A stretch of DNA of 64,000 nucleotides from the human T2T-CHM13v2.0 reference genome, Homo sapiens. The DNA is taken from the NCBI RefSeq assembly GCF_009914755.1, contig NC_060926.1, one strand, 5' to 3'. Shown here piece by piece: positions 1 to 12,091 of the stretch (position 1 is its first letter; each line of letters opens with the position of its first letter). The notes under the pieces are model-generated. The model did not search any database. It was given only the letters and a program-made list of their open reading frames with translations, and was not told where the DNA came from. The position numbers were made by a program, and so were the translations under genes.

Positions 1-2216
1 TTCGCTAGCCAAATTACAGCTATCCTACAATTCTCGGTTGAAATGCCACATCTTCCATACGGCTTTGCCCAAAAAAAGGTTATTTCTCTCTGCTGAATCC
101 CCCCATACCAAAAACAACAACAACAACAACAACAGACAATATAGGGGGTATTACTCTTGTGGCAATTTTATTTTTACTATTTATAATTAATTTTAAGGAA
201 CTTTTATAATTAGTCACTGTTGGGACGAAGAGTGTGATCTCTGTAGGTAGACAGAAGCATGTTGAATTCTAGCTTAGTAACCACCAGGTTCCCTTAGCAA
301 AACACTTAACTTCTTTAAAACCTCAGGTTCTTTATTGAGAAAATGAGGATAGCAATAGTAGGCAGGCTTATACTTTTGGAAATTAAATGATACAAAATAT
401 GCAAAGCATCCAGTTGAATTTATGGCAAAGTAGAGATTTATTGTTGTTATTTTTACTGACAACTGCTCAAAATCATTGTTCAAACTGCATTCAACTTATC
501 AACTGAAAAACATTTATTTTGCCCATAATAAAAATCAAAATGGGGATTTTTATTGAGAATAAGAATATATACTTAAAAATCAAAAGTATCAAAGATATAA
601 AAGTAGATGTGAATCATTCTATTAAAACAATACCCAAACATATCATTATCCTTTTAACTATGATTCGTATATATTTAAACTGACTTTTTTTTCCCATTCT
701 AGGCGGGCCACATGCAATTTCTTTCAAGTTAGCAGTTTCACACCATTATGTTTCATTACACACTAGGACGTGTCAAAAAGGAAAACATTTCACTGACTTG
801 CTGATGAAAATTTAACGTGTCATTTATGTACCTATTTCTAGTTCTTAAAATGGTTTCCCAGGCTGAAATAACTTGGTGAATAAACGTGGGGTAGCTATGT
901 GCTTTCAAGTTTTAAGAAGAGAAAAAAAAGGAAAAGAATGACTATTCAAAACCATTATTGAAGCTTGCAAGCCATATGCCTTAATTTGTAGAAGATTCAG
1001 CTGTGTGTGAGGCTATACCTAACTGGTATGATTCGAAAGGCACGAGGAAAATATCTTACTAAAAATTTTCAACTTGTGTACTTGAAATATTACTATTAAA
1101 ATGTGGAATTTTATTTGCTTTTTATGAAGTCCATATGAACATTCAAATTTTCATGACAATGATAAAATTTTCATCTTCAACCAATTACATTTATTTGTTG
1201 TCAATTTAGAAATATTTAGCAGAAAAAGAAATTTAAACTATGTAGAGGGGAGAATTGGAAATGCCCTGGAAAAAAATGGAAGAAAAAATGTAGAAAATAG
1301 CAAATTTTGCTTCAGGATACCTGAATATCTTCTACAAAATTTAATTTGGCATCTTATCATTCAATGTTAGCTGGTGTTATCAATATGAACCAAAAGGTGT
1401 CATTCAAGCACTCGTGTGTGTGTTTTGTTTTTAAATAAATTCCCCTGGGGAGTAGGATTAGGGATTCCATTATTATTTCCATCTGGAGGACTATAGAATT
1501 AGAATATGAAATAGAAATATAATATTTATTATTTTTATTTAACATTTCTTAAAGATTTTTTCAGATCCATGATTTGAATTAATTATTAAATATGAGTATA
1601 AGCTGTGGTTTTTATTTATCTAGTCTCTTTCCTCTTATCATTAGGGTAATTGTTACAATCAAGAGCTCTCTGTATATTGATGGTCATGTGTTTAATCTGA
1701 TTCTATATGAATAATAGAAATTGTATTTAAATATGGGAATCCGCTCTTGTCAGTTCCTTTCATTTCCGAACTTCAGTACTGACTGTATTTTGTAGTGATT
1801 AACTCACTTTAAATATTTCTATACAATTTTCCATTGAAAAATGCCCACATACTTTTAAATACCTTCAACCAAAAGGAATTAATTTCTTTTCAGATTTGGC
1901 AGAATCCAACCCGTTCCCATGTTGTCCCTGCCATCTTCATCTAGGTAAACTCCCTTTTAACAACTCCTGCAGGATATGAATGAGTTTCACAGACAGTATG
2001 CCTTTATAGAACCCACATTTCTAGTGATTCTCATCTTCCATTTCTGTCTTGCACTGCCCTCATCACCCAGTCCTTATTCCTCTCATGCTGCTCTCGGGAA
2101 ATGAATGGTATCATGCATTTCTACCTCAGTGAATCCAGTAGCAAACCTTCTTTCTTTCAGTCACATTCATAACTGTGGAATCAAAGAGATTGCAATTCAA
2201 AGATTTATTGTACTGA

Positions 2217-2217
<1 letters not shown>

Positions 2218-2248
<31 letters not shown>
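2218..2248. repeat. (TG)n microsatellite
   Basis: About 15 TG units read directly; produces the spurious His-Thr ORF at 2126-2341. Confidence 0.95.
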
Positions 2249-2250
<2 letters not shown>

Positions 2251-2444
2251 CTCCTAACAACATCACAGAGTTGCAAATAGAATGCCTTTTCCTTAGAGAA
2301 AAATATATTGTGTATATCTTCAACACCTGAAAATACTTCAAAAAACCATTAAATCCCAGATCTTTGAGCTACCTCACAATTCATAAAGTCTCATTCAATT
2401 TGCAGTGCGGAAATCCTACTATTGAACCTTCTTTAAAAACATCA

Positions 2445-4612
2445 ATGGGCCCCAGCACAGTGCAGCTGTCTTACAGAAAAGTGGCCAGACTGTTTACCAC
2501 GCAGGTCCCCATTCTCGCTACTCCTCACAGGGCAGGGCCTCCTGACCTGGGAGTGCAGCGAACCCTGCCTGGGCTCTCTAGTCAGTTGTAGCTCTGGAAT
2601 TACCCTGGAACAGAGCACCCAGAGGTAGCAGGCAGGCCACCACTTTTTGCTGCTCTGCAGCCCCTGCTCCTGCTGCCCTCAGGCTCGGAAGGGAGTGCAG
2701 TGATTAGGGACTAATAATACAGGCCCCCAGCACAGAGTAGCTGCCTTACAGAAAAGCAGCCAGACCGTTTTCTTTGTAGGTCCCTGCGTCACTATTTTTC
2801 ACTGAGAAGGGCCTCCTGACCTGGTATCTCAACACAACCACCCTGTCCCTGCCTGAACACTTCAGTTGGTGGCAGGTCTGAGTTTCTCTGGGGAGGAAAT
2901 CCCAAAGAGAATCCACAGCAACTCTGCCATTGTAGCTCCAGTACTACCATTACCGCCCTTGAAATGGGGAAGGAATGAAGGGCCTGGTCACTACATTGGC
3001 ACCTCCAGCATGCTGCAGCTACCATATGAAGAAAAGCTCCATCTCTCTTCCCGGTGAAACCCCAATCTCCAGTCTTCACCAGGCAGGGCCCCTGGCTCAG
3101 GACCACAGAGCAGCCACTATACCCCAGGCTGAGCATTCCCACTGGTAGTGGTTTTGGGCTTCCCTGAGGTGAAGTCCCCAGAGCTAACCTCTGCCACTGC
3201 AGTGGCTTTGACCGCGTTGCCTTGAGACTAAGGAAGGAACAAAGAGCCCATGGGATTTACTCGTGCTTGCAGTATTCCGTAGTCACCCTAAGGAGAGGAG
3301 AACAGCCTGTCCTCCCTGTGAGCCCTCAACTCAGCAATTTTCACCCACGAGGCCACCTACTTGGGCCAGCAACAGATACTGCAACCCTGGCTGAACATTC
3401 CTAGGAGCAGCAGTTCTGTAATTGTTTTTAGAGGCAATAAAAGCCCCTCTGCCACTGCCACTGAAGTGGTACTTCCCTTGCTTCCCTTGAGCTAAGGAAG
3501 GAACAAAGACCTTGTTAGCTTTCCTGCTAACTCTAGAAAGCCACAACCACACACTAAGGAAATGAGGCCAGTCTATTTTCCCTGTGAGCCTCCTGCTCCC
3601 CACTGCTCATCACTATGTAGGGCCCCCTGGCTTGGGCCCACAACAGAACTGCCCCATCCCAGTCCAAATGCACCGAGTGGTGGTGGCTCTGTATTTCTTT
3701 GTGTTGAAGCCCCAAGAGACAAGTGAAAGATCCTCTGCCACAGCCACTGCCAAGGATACTTCCTCTGTTGCCTCCAAGCTGGGGAGGGAACATGAAGACT
3801 GAGCTCACCCCAGGCCTATGGTGTGTAGCCTGGAATTTGCTAGCTGACACTTGCAGCCAGCACTCAAGGGGGAGAGGAGTCCACACTTTCAGAGCGCTAA
3901 GGGGTAGCATGGGTGCATTTGTGAGGAAATACAGCGGAGCCAAGTGGCTGAGCAAGGGCCTACCTACTGACCATTATGCTTAAGCACTGTCTAGTAGATC
4001 ACAGCCCAAACTTCATAACCTAATTTTCTTTGCTAATATTACCCCCTGTGAAACCAAGGACAAGAATTCAGCTACAAATAAAGACCCTGCACAAAGCCTC
4101 AGCCCTCTGAAAACATCTAGAAAAAAGGCCAACTAACCATACTCAAATTATTATAGTAAAAGGAACATCAGCCCACAGAGATGAGAAAGAACCAGTGCAA
4201 GAACTCTAGCAACTCAAAAAGTCAGAGTGTCTTTTTTTTCATACAAATGACTACACTAGTTCCCTTGAAAGAGTTTTTAACCAGACTGGAATGGCTGAAA
4301 TGAAAGGCATAGAATTCAGAATATGGATAGCGACAAAGATCATCAAAATTCTGGACAAAGTTGAAACCCAATCCAGGGAATCTAAGCATTTCAATCAAAC
4401 GATACAGGAGCTTAAAGATAAAATTGCCATTATAAGAAAGAAACAAACTGATCTGACAGAGCTGAAAAACACACTACAAAAATATCATAATACAATCACA
4501 AGTATTAACAGCAGAATACACCAAGCTGGGGAAGGAATCTCAGAGCTTGAAGACTGGTTCTCCAAACTCAGTCAGACAAAAGTGAGGGAAAAACAAAAAA
4601 GAGAATAAACAA
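2445..4612 (+). mobile_element. L1 5'UTR plus N-terminal ORF1 fragment (old primate L1PA15-16/L1P4/L1PB type), truncated at both ends
   Basis: GC-richer 5'UTR with diverged ~270-bp internal repeats, followed by ORF 4291-4608 (EFRIWIATKIIKI...ELKNTLQ...SINSRIHQAGEGISELEDW), which matches the L1 ORF1p coiled coil. Confidence 0.85.
4291..4608 (+). pseudogene. L1 ORF1p coiled-coil remnant
   Basis: The 105-aa translation resembles the L1 ORF1p N-terminal/coiled-coil region and ends at the truncation of the element. Confidence 0.8.
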
Positions 4613-4629
4613 AACTTTTTTTTTTTCCC

Positions 4630-4830
4630 ATTCTTCTGCATACTTTTTATTCTGGCTGCATTGGCAGCTGATTAGATTGTGCCCACCCAGATAAGGGTGG
4701 TTCTGCTTTTCCCAGTTTGTCCAGTGACTCAAATGTTAATATCCTTTGGCAACACCTTCACAGACACACCAAGGATCAAACTTTGCATGCTTCAATCCAA
4801 TCAAGTTGACACTCAATATTAACCATCACA
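4630..4830 (-). mobile_element. MLT2A-type (HERV-L) LTR, 5' ~200 bp only
   Basis: The minus strand reads TGTGATGGTTAATATTGAGTGTCAACTTGATTGGATTGAAGCATGCAAAG...GGGTGGGCACAATCTAATCAGCTGCC, the MLT2A start. Confidence 0.8.
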
Positions 4831-4834
4831 AGCT

Positions 4835-6060
4835 GATAACAAGTTCAATCACATGTGAAAATTTTACATGTTTACTTTTCCTCTCCCACTTTCATGTTAT
4901 TGATCACGGAGTTTACTTCTTTTTTTATTGCACACTATTAATAATCTTTATAGTTATAATTATTCTCAATACTTTTGTTTTTAAACATTTTTCTTTTAAT
5001 TTTTATACTGGAATTAAAAGTGATTTGCATGCCATCATTGCAGTATTTCAGTGTTCTGTATTTTTTAAATAAATTTATCTTGACAGAAGTTTTATATTTT
5101 CCTATGCTTCTGTGTTGCTGTTTAGTATCCTTTCATTTCAACTTGAAGAACTGATTTGTAAGGCATGTTTTAGGTGAACTACCTCGGCTTTTGTTTTTCT
5201 GGGAAGTTTTTCTCTCTCCCTCTTTCTAAAGGACAATTTTGTCAGGAATAGTATTGTTGGCTGACATTTTGTCTTTCAGTACTTACGTATTATCTTTCCA
5301 CTTATTTCTGCCCTGCAGAGTTTCAAACTGATAGTCTTATTAGGCACAGGTTTGCATGTAAGCAGTTGCTTTTCTTTTGCAAATAAAAATTATTTGTCTT
5401 TGACTTTTGACAATTTGATTACACTTTGTCCCAGTTTTACTTGGGAAACTTTGTGCTTCATGAATCTAAATGTCCATTTCCTTGCTCAGATTTGGGAGTT
5501 TTTCAGTCATTACTTTTTAAAAATAAGTTTTCTACTACTTTCTCTCTTACTTCTTCCTGGAACTTCATTATGTGTATATTGGTTTACTTGCTAGAGTTCT
5601 GTATGTCCTTTGGATTTTTTTTTCTTTCTTTCTTTTTTTTTCTTGCTCTTCTGACTGAATAATTTCAAATGACCTATTTTTGAGTTCACTGATTCTTTCT
5701 TTACTTAGATCTGCTATTGAACACTTCTAGTAGATATTTCAATTCAGTTATTATATCCTTCAGCACTATAATTTTGTTTTCTTTAATTGTTCTTCCCTCT
5801 GTTGATATTCATATTTTGTTCTTATGGCATTTTCTGATTTTACTTAGTTTCCTATCTGTGTTCTCTTGTTAACTCACGGAGCTTCTTTAAGATAATTCTT
5901 CTTAGGCAATTCATAGCCCTTAATTTATTTAGGATCAGTTACTGGGAATTTATTTCCTTCATTTAATTGTGTCATTTAAAAAAGAAAATCTGTATTTCTT
6001 GAAGCTTTGTGCTGGTATTGATACATCCTAAGAAACAGCCACCTCTCCATAGTGCCTTAG
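4835..6060 (-). mobile_element. Old L1M fragment (ORF1/inter-ORF region)
   Basis: T-rich antisense L1M-like text, e.g. 'aatttcaaatgacct...tttgagttcactgattctttct' and 'tgacttttgacaatttgatt'. Confidence 0.7.
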
Positions 6061-8088
6061 GTTGAGAAAGTCTTACTAGCCTAGCTAGAAATCTCTGCCT
6101 TTATTCTTAGCTGTCCTAGGCATCCAGTTTTCTTTTCTTTGTTGTTCTGTACCCTGTAGTCTATTGCTCCTTCTTGTGTCTGACTATGCTGTTTCCTTCA
6201 GCTCTCAGTGTACAGCGATAAAGAATCAGGCACCTGGGCAAGAATACTGGAAGCACACACTACCCCTCTCCTTCTGTCTTTGAAAGAAGCCTCAGTTCAG
6301 TACCCAAGTAACTGGGGTAAGTGGGTAAGATTTCAGGTTGTAATTTCTAGCTTTGAATCATTATCATCCCCTTATCTTAGCCAGCACTTACAGGTGTTGG
6401 ATTCATCCTTTCTGCCTAGTGTACTTGCATGGATAACAACCAACCAGCTCCATGTCATAAGATAGATTTTTCTGTCATTATAGGAGTTATTTCACAGAGA
6501 TGGCTTTATTTTCTTTGCATATGGCTAGCACTTCCCAATGGACAGACAAGAGCACATTTTATGCCATATTTTTCCAACCCTAACTCCATAGAAGTCCTAT
6601 GAATATTAAAAAAATATATTTTTCTCATTAAAAGTGTTATGAGCTTCTGACCTGGCGTTCCATGTTTATGTGCTCTGAGTCACACTCTGAAGATTTTGTA
6701 CTCAAATATGTTTCCTTAAATATCCAATCTTTTATTCACTGATATCTAATGAGTAGTAAATTTTCTATCACAGGTTAGGTAAAAGTTAATCAAGTCTGAA
6801 AATTTATGGAAAACCTAACCTTGACTGCATTATCCATTAGACTAATGTCTTATCCTCTGAGCTGCCTGAATAAGACTGAAAATATTCACTCTATTGCCAG
6901 GCTGTTTGTGTCAACTATTATCCCACTGCCCTCACTATTGCTTGAAATGATTATACTGCTAAAAGTGAAATGAATAAGAAAACAATAGAAATTGGTTTCA
7001 GTAGAAATTACTTAAAACAGGATGATACTGTGTTCTCTTATTAAATAGTAAAAAAAATTTAAAAAGTTTTTGAAAAAGAGTTGTTTTAACCTTTTAAGAA
7101 AATGTGTTTTGCAAATAAGTATCATACTCATCTCCCCAAATATCTGAATGGCAATGAAAACGTTTATTCATGAAAGCGAATCACCAACACTGAGACAAAG
7201 AAAACTCATTGCCAAATTAGAGATTAATGAATACAATGGGGGAATAGAATTCCTTCATATGTCAGGAGGAATTTATTAAGGCAGAGTAGAGAGGTGTTAT
7301 AAATACCCAACTGTTTATTTTTCTATTTTTTTGAGTAAAAGATGAGATGAATACTTTAATCTAAACAAATGAGATCATTTTTCATTTCACATGAGCATGA
7401 GAGTACCAAAAATGTATAGTTGTTATTTCAACAACAATACACAACCGTGTCCCACACAAATGTATGCCATTAACAATAAATCACAGTATCTTAAAACAAC
7501 TGCACAAGCTAAAGTTAAGAGAATAGGTGTCATATGCAATCTAATCTGGACCAGCAATTAGAGAAAACTAAAATAGATAATTAGAAAAAGAACCAGCAGA
7601 ATCTACATTTGTCACAGTTTGAAGGATATTTTACTAGAGCATATTAAAGACCATCTTATTCAAACCATTCATTTCACAGATGTAGAAGACATTTAGTACA
7701 ATGACATGTACAGGAATGAGAGGCTTTTAACAAACTGTGGACTTAAAAACAATTTAAGTTTTCTTACTGAAGAGTGCTATACTAAATAATAAGTTGAGAG
7801 TTAAAATTTGAGGCCCACTTTCCAATTTCCACACATTTCCAATAACATTTCATATTGTATCACCCCAATATCTTTAATAAACAACAGGTAATGTGTCATA
7901 TTTTTATGTCTCTATTTATAAACCAGCTTTTTCTATATAGCGTCTAGACAATAACTGCTTATCATACTGAAACTAAGGCACTATGTTATTTGATTTTTTA
8001 TTCATAATATTCATATTCTTATAATATCTGACATTTGATACTATAGTCCCAATCTGAATAGGTATTGAGAGAATTTCACAAAGAAGAT

Positions 8089-8300
8089 TGTGTGTGTGTG
8101 TATATATATATTATATATAATATATATATCTCTGAAATTATGTTTTATATAATCTGTGAAATTATATATAATAGAAGTAATATATTTGTGAAATATGTAA
8201 TAGAAGTAATATAAAATAAATATAAATCTAGAATATGTATATAAATATATAATATCTATATATACATATGCATTTATAGTTATATATCCATATAAATTAA
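8089..8300. repeat. (TG)n/(TA)n low-complexity tract
   Basis: Degenerate TA-rich sequence seen directly. Confidence 0.85.
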
Positions 8301-9265
8301 TTCCAACCTCTCTGGTGAAAATTTTATTAAAATTAAGCCAGTATTCAGTTTTGATTAGAATATACATTTAAATACCTTTAAATGCCTGTGAAAGAAAGAG
8401 AAAGGTTTTTCTTTCTCCTAAAATTATAATGAAGATAAATCACATTAACTAAATCACATTTTGGTATCTACCAACTTTGACATAGTTACATGCACCTTGA
8501 AGCCCTTAAGCAGCATGTATTATAAATGACATTGGCTACACAAGCTTCCTACTTCCATGAAGCACTACATGTTGTACATAAGATGAAACAGAAAAAATGG
8601 AAATTTTGCGCTTAATCTTTCATCAGAGATGTGTTAATATTCACCAGCTTCCTAGTATCAGGAATGGATTTGTAATGAAGTAATCTATATTTACATGAGT
8701 AACCATTTCTATTAACAATTATTTTAAGTCCTCATGTTTTTCTTTAGTCTGAGGTAAAGCACGCAGTCTGTTGTTATCATTAGGTAGATTAAAATAATTC
8801 TTCATAAATTGCTATTATTTATTGCCATAAATTAGATTTACTTGTGAAGCTGAAATAAAAACAGATGCTGATCTCTGCCTACTTATATGGTATCTTCTTA
8901 AGATAGCTCTTAGCATTTGTTAAAAATGAAAATAAAAATCATCAGCCATCCACTCAAAGAAAACTTGATTATATTGCATAGTAGATGTTCAGTGAATTCA
9001 CATATGCAGAGCAGCATATGGAACTATTTTACTCCAGAAAAGGGTTTGAGAGAGATATGGATCCCTGAAATGTTGAAAAATCGAGGCAGAGATATTATTC
9101 AGAAACTCCTGGGCACTGATGACTCTTTCTCATTCAGGATGAAGATGTGGCATTAGTGGTTCAAGAGCAAGAAGTTTCAATGTTTGTAAATATTCCTTAG
9201 TTGGGAAAATATATTTTTTAATGAAAATTCTTGAAGAATGGTCACATTAGCTCCAAATATAAAAT

Positions 9266-9542
9266 GAGATGAGTCTCGCTCTGTCACCCAGGTTGGAATG
9301 CAGTGGCACAATCTCTGCTCACTGCTACCTCCGCCTCCTGGGTTCAAGCAATTCTCTGCCTCACTTCCCAAGTAGGTGGGGTAACAGGCGCCTGCCACTA
9401 TGCCCGGCTAAGTTTTGTATTTTTAGTAGAGACGGGGTTTCACCATATTGGCCAGGCTGGTCTTGAACTCCTGACCTCGTGATCCACCTGCCTCGGCCTC
9501 CCAAAGTGCTAGGATTTCAGGTGTGAGCCACCTCGCCCCACC
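9266..9542 (-). mobile_element. AluS (AluSg-like), poly(A) tail absent
   Basis: Antisense Alu dimer 'gagatgagtctcgctctgtcacccagg...gtgagccacctcgcc'; 'ctgacctcgtgatcc' with 'ggccaggctgg' suggests AluSg. Confidence 0.9.
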
Positions 9543-11500
9543 AGTTGTCTACTTTTTTGACATACAGTTGTTCATTGTAGGTCCTTTACAATACCTTTTT
9601 GTTTCTGTAAGATCAAGAGAAATCACCTTCTTTTTATTTCTGATATTATCAGTATAAACTTTTCCCTATTTTTGTTGGTTAATCTAGTTAAAAATTTGTT
9701 AATGTTGATGATCTTTTCATAAACCAAATTTTGGTTGTATTTATGTTCTCTATTTTTTAATTTTCTATTGTAATTTTTTCACATCAATATTATTTTCTTC
9801 CGTTTTACTTGTGTTTACTTTGTTCTTCCTTTTCTAATTTTTTAAGGTGAGAGGTTAGATTATTGATGAGAAATATTTTAAAAATGTACTTGTTTATTAT
9901 AAAGTAAATAAGTATATTTACATATGCTATAAATTTCCATATAAGCATTGCTCTAGCTGCCTCTTATATGCTTTGGTACACTATGTTTTCACTTTCTTTC
10001 AAATCTAAGCATATTTTTATGCCCCCTGTGATTTTTAATTTTTTATCTCTTGATTATTTAGTAGTGTATGATTTTATTTTCATATATGTACAAATACATA
10101 AATAATATATTCTATATTTTTATAGAAAAATTAGAAATATATATATATATAAATATAAAATATTTATATATATATATATTTCTAGGACACATCTGAAGCT
10201 GGGAAATTCTTGTCCCACAAAGAGAAACCAAAATACTAAGTAAAGCATGAACTTTGAACAGATTTTGTGAGAAAACACTGAAAGTCAAGGGAGAGATGAT
10301 GCAGACACTGAGGTGGACGACAGAGGAAGCTGGGAAGCCTTAACAGAGTCACCAAACATGGGCCTAGCTCCTAGTTCTGAACAGGTCCTAAGGAAGGGGT
10401 GAGTGAATATATGTATTTGTGAATGTGAATTCATATATATATGAATATAAAAAAATACACTCCTGTATAATAACATATTTTTAAATATTTGTGAATTTTT
10501 CAAATTACTTTTTGTTGTAGATTTCTCATATCATTTCATTGTGGTCAGGCAATATTCTTTGTTTTATTTTCTATTAATAATATATGGTCTAACATGAATA
10601 ATGGTCTATGTGAAAATGAGAATAATAATAGTCCACATGGAACTCTTGTTGGGTGGACTGTTCTATGAATGTCTGGTAGTTCTGGTTGGTTTATAGGGCA
10701 GGTCATGTCTTCTATTTTCTTGTTTGGTTTTCTCTCTAGTATTTCATCTATCATTGAAAGTGGACTATTTAAGTGTGCAACTCTTATTGCTGAATTGTCT
10801 TTTTTTCATTTCTGTCAGTTTTTGCTTCATGTATTTTGGCACTATATTGATAAGTTTATATATCTTTATGATTGCTATGCATTCCTAGTTAATTGACTAT
10901 TTTATAGTTATAATTTTTCCTCCTTATCTCTAGTAACATTTTTTCTTACTTTGAAATTGATTTTTTTCTGATATTGTATAGCTATTCCAACTTTCTTACG
11001 GTTGCTGTTTGTGTAAATTCTCCATTCTGTTAGTTGGATCTAATTGTGTATTTGAAACTAAAGTGTGCATCATGTAAACAGCATATATTTGTCTTTTAAA
11101 AATTACTATGTCATATAATAATATTCATATAATGTTATGCTGCCTTTTGACTGTATCTTTAATTCATATCCATATTTATATTTAATGTTATTATTGAGAG
11201 TTGAATTTATGTCTGACATTTTGCTTTTTGTTTCCTATGAACATCCTGCCTTGTTTTGTTCATTTATTTTCCTTACTTTTCCACTAAGTGAATATTTTAT
11301 AATAAATGTTTTAATGTAATTTTTTTTACTATATATTTGTATTATTTCCTTAGTGATTGCTCTAAGAGTTAACATGTCAGAATATATCATAGAACTTATC
11401 ATAATCTACTTCAGATGCTTACTAATTTAATGTAGTCTTATACAGCACTATTCTCTCTCTCCCTTTGTGGATCCATTGTTATGCATATTATATACATGTA
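9543..11500 (-). mobile_element. Old L1M fragment (ORF2 endonuclease region), interrupted at ~10085-10485
   Basis: ORF 10545-10754 (KKIEDMTCPINQPELPDIHRTVHP...DHIL) is homologous to the L1 endonuclease; flanks are antisense L1M-like. Confidence 0.8.
10182..10406 (+). mobile_element. Isolated near-terminal 5' end of an L1PA15-16/L1P4-type 5'UTR
   Basis: 'actttgaacagattttgtgagaaaacactgaaagtc...gcagacactgagg...gaggaagctgggaagcct...cctaaggaaggggtgagtga' matches the recalled first ~250 nt of this 5'UTR type. Confidence 0.65.
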
Positions 11501-12001
11501 TCTAAATTAAAATTTATATATATTTAAATTAAAATGCATAAAGCAATCACTTTATAATGATGATTTTGGTTTTGTTAGTGTATGCTTCCTGGAAGAGGGG
11601 GAAGTTTTTATGTTTTTTATTATTAAACAGGTAGAAGAATTGGCCAGTTAGAAGGAAAGCTTGGAGGCCAGGATACTGAAAAAAAAAAAGTTTAAGGGAT
11701 TAGCATAGAAAAATGGGCACATTTCACAATGAATATGGCCTTATTCCTGCAAAGAATTGTTATATGTGCTTAAATTCTAGCCAGGTTTCCTATTGCTGTG
11801 TTTTCAGCATCCACTTTAAGGTGGAATGCTTAAAGAAATTTCCTTACACTTGGCAAAGCTTGATTCTGTTAGAGGTGACTATGAATGTTTTCACAGAACA
11901 GACCCACCCACAGATAACTGTTAATAATTATTCTTAAAGTACCAGTCAAGTTCTGTATCGCTATAGTGGATTCTGTACCATTACTTTAAATTGACCCAAC
12001 T

Positions 12002-12091
12002 GGTAGTTTCTCAAATGTGAGAAATTATAAACTTCCAAAACTATATTGATAGGTTTCCAGGGGTTTATGAACCCCAATTTGAGAAACATTG
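12002..12091. mobile_element. Small hAT-Charlie-like MITE remnant
   Basis: 11-bp inverted repeat gtttctcaaat (12006-12016) / atttgagaaac (12077-12087), resembling MER5-group termini. Confidence 0.4.

Noticed and set aside
2364-3983. ORFs of 60-133 aa on both strands
   Set aside because: They lie in the GC-richer L1 5'UTR, with no recognisable domain.
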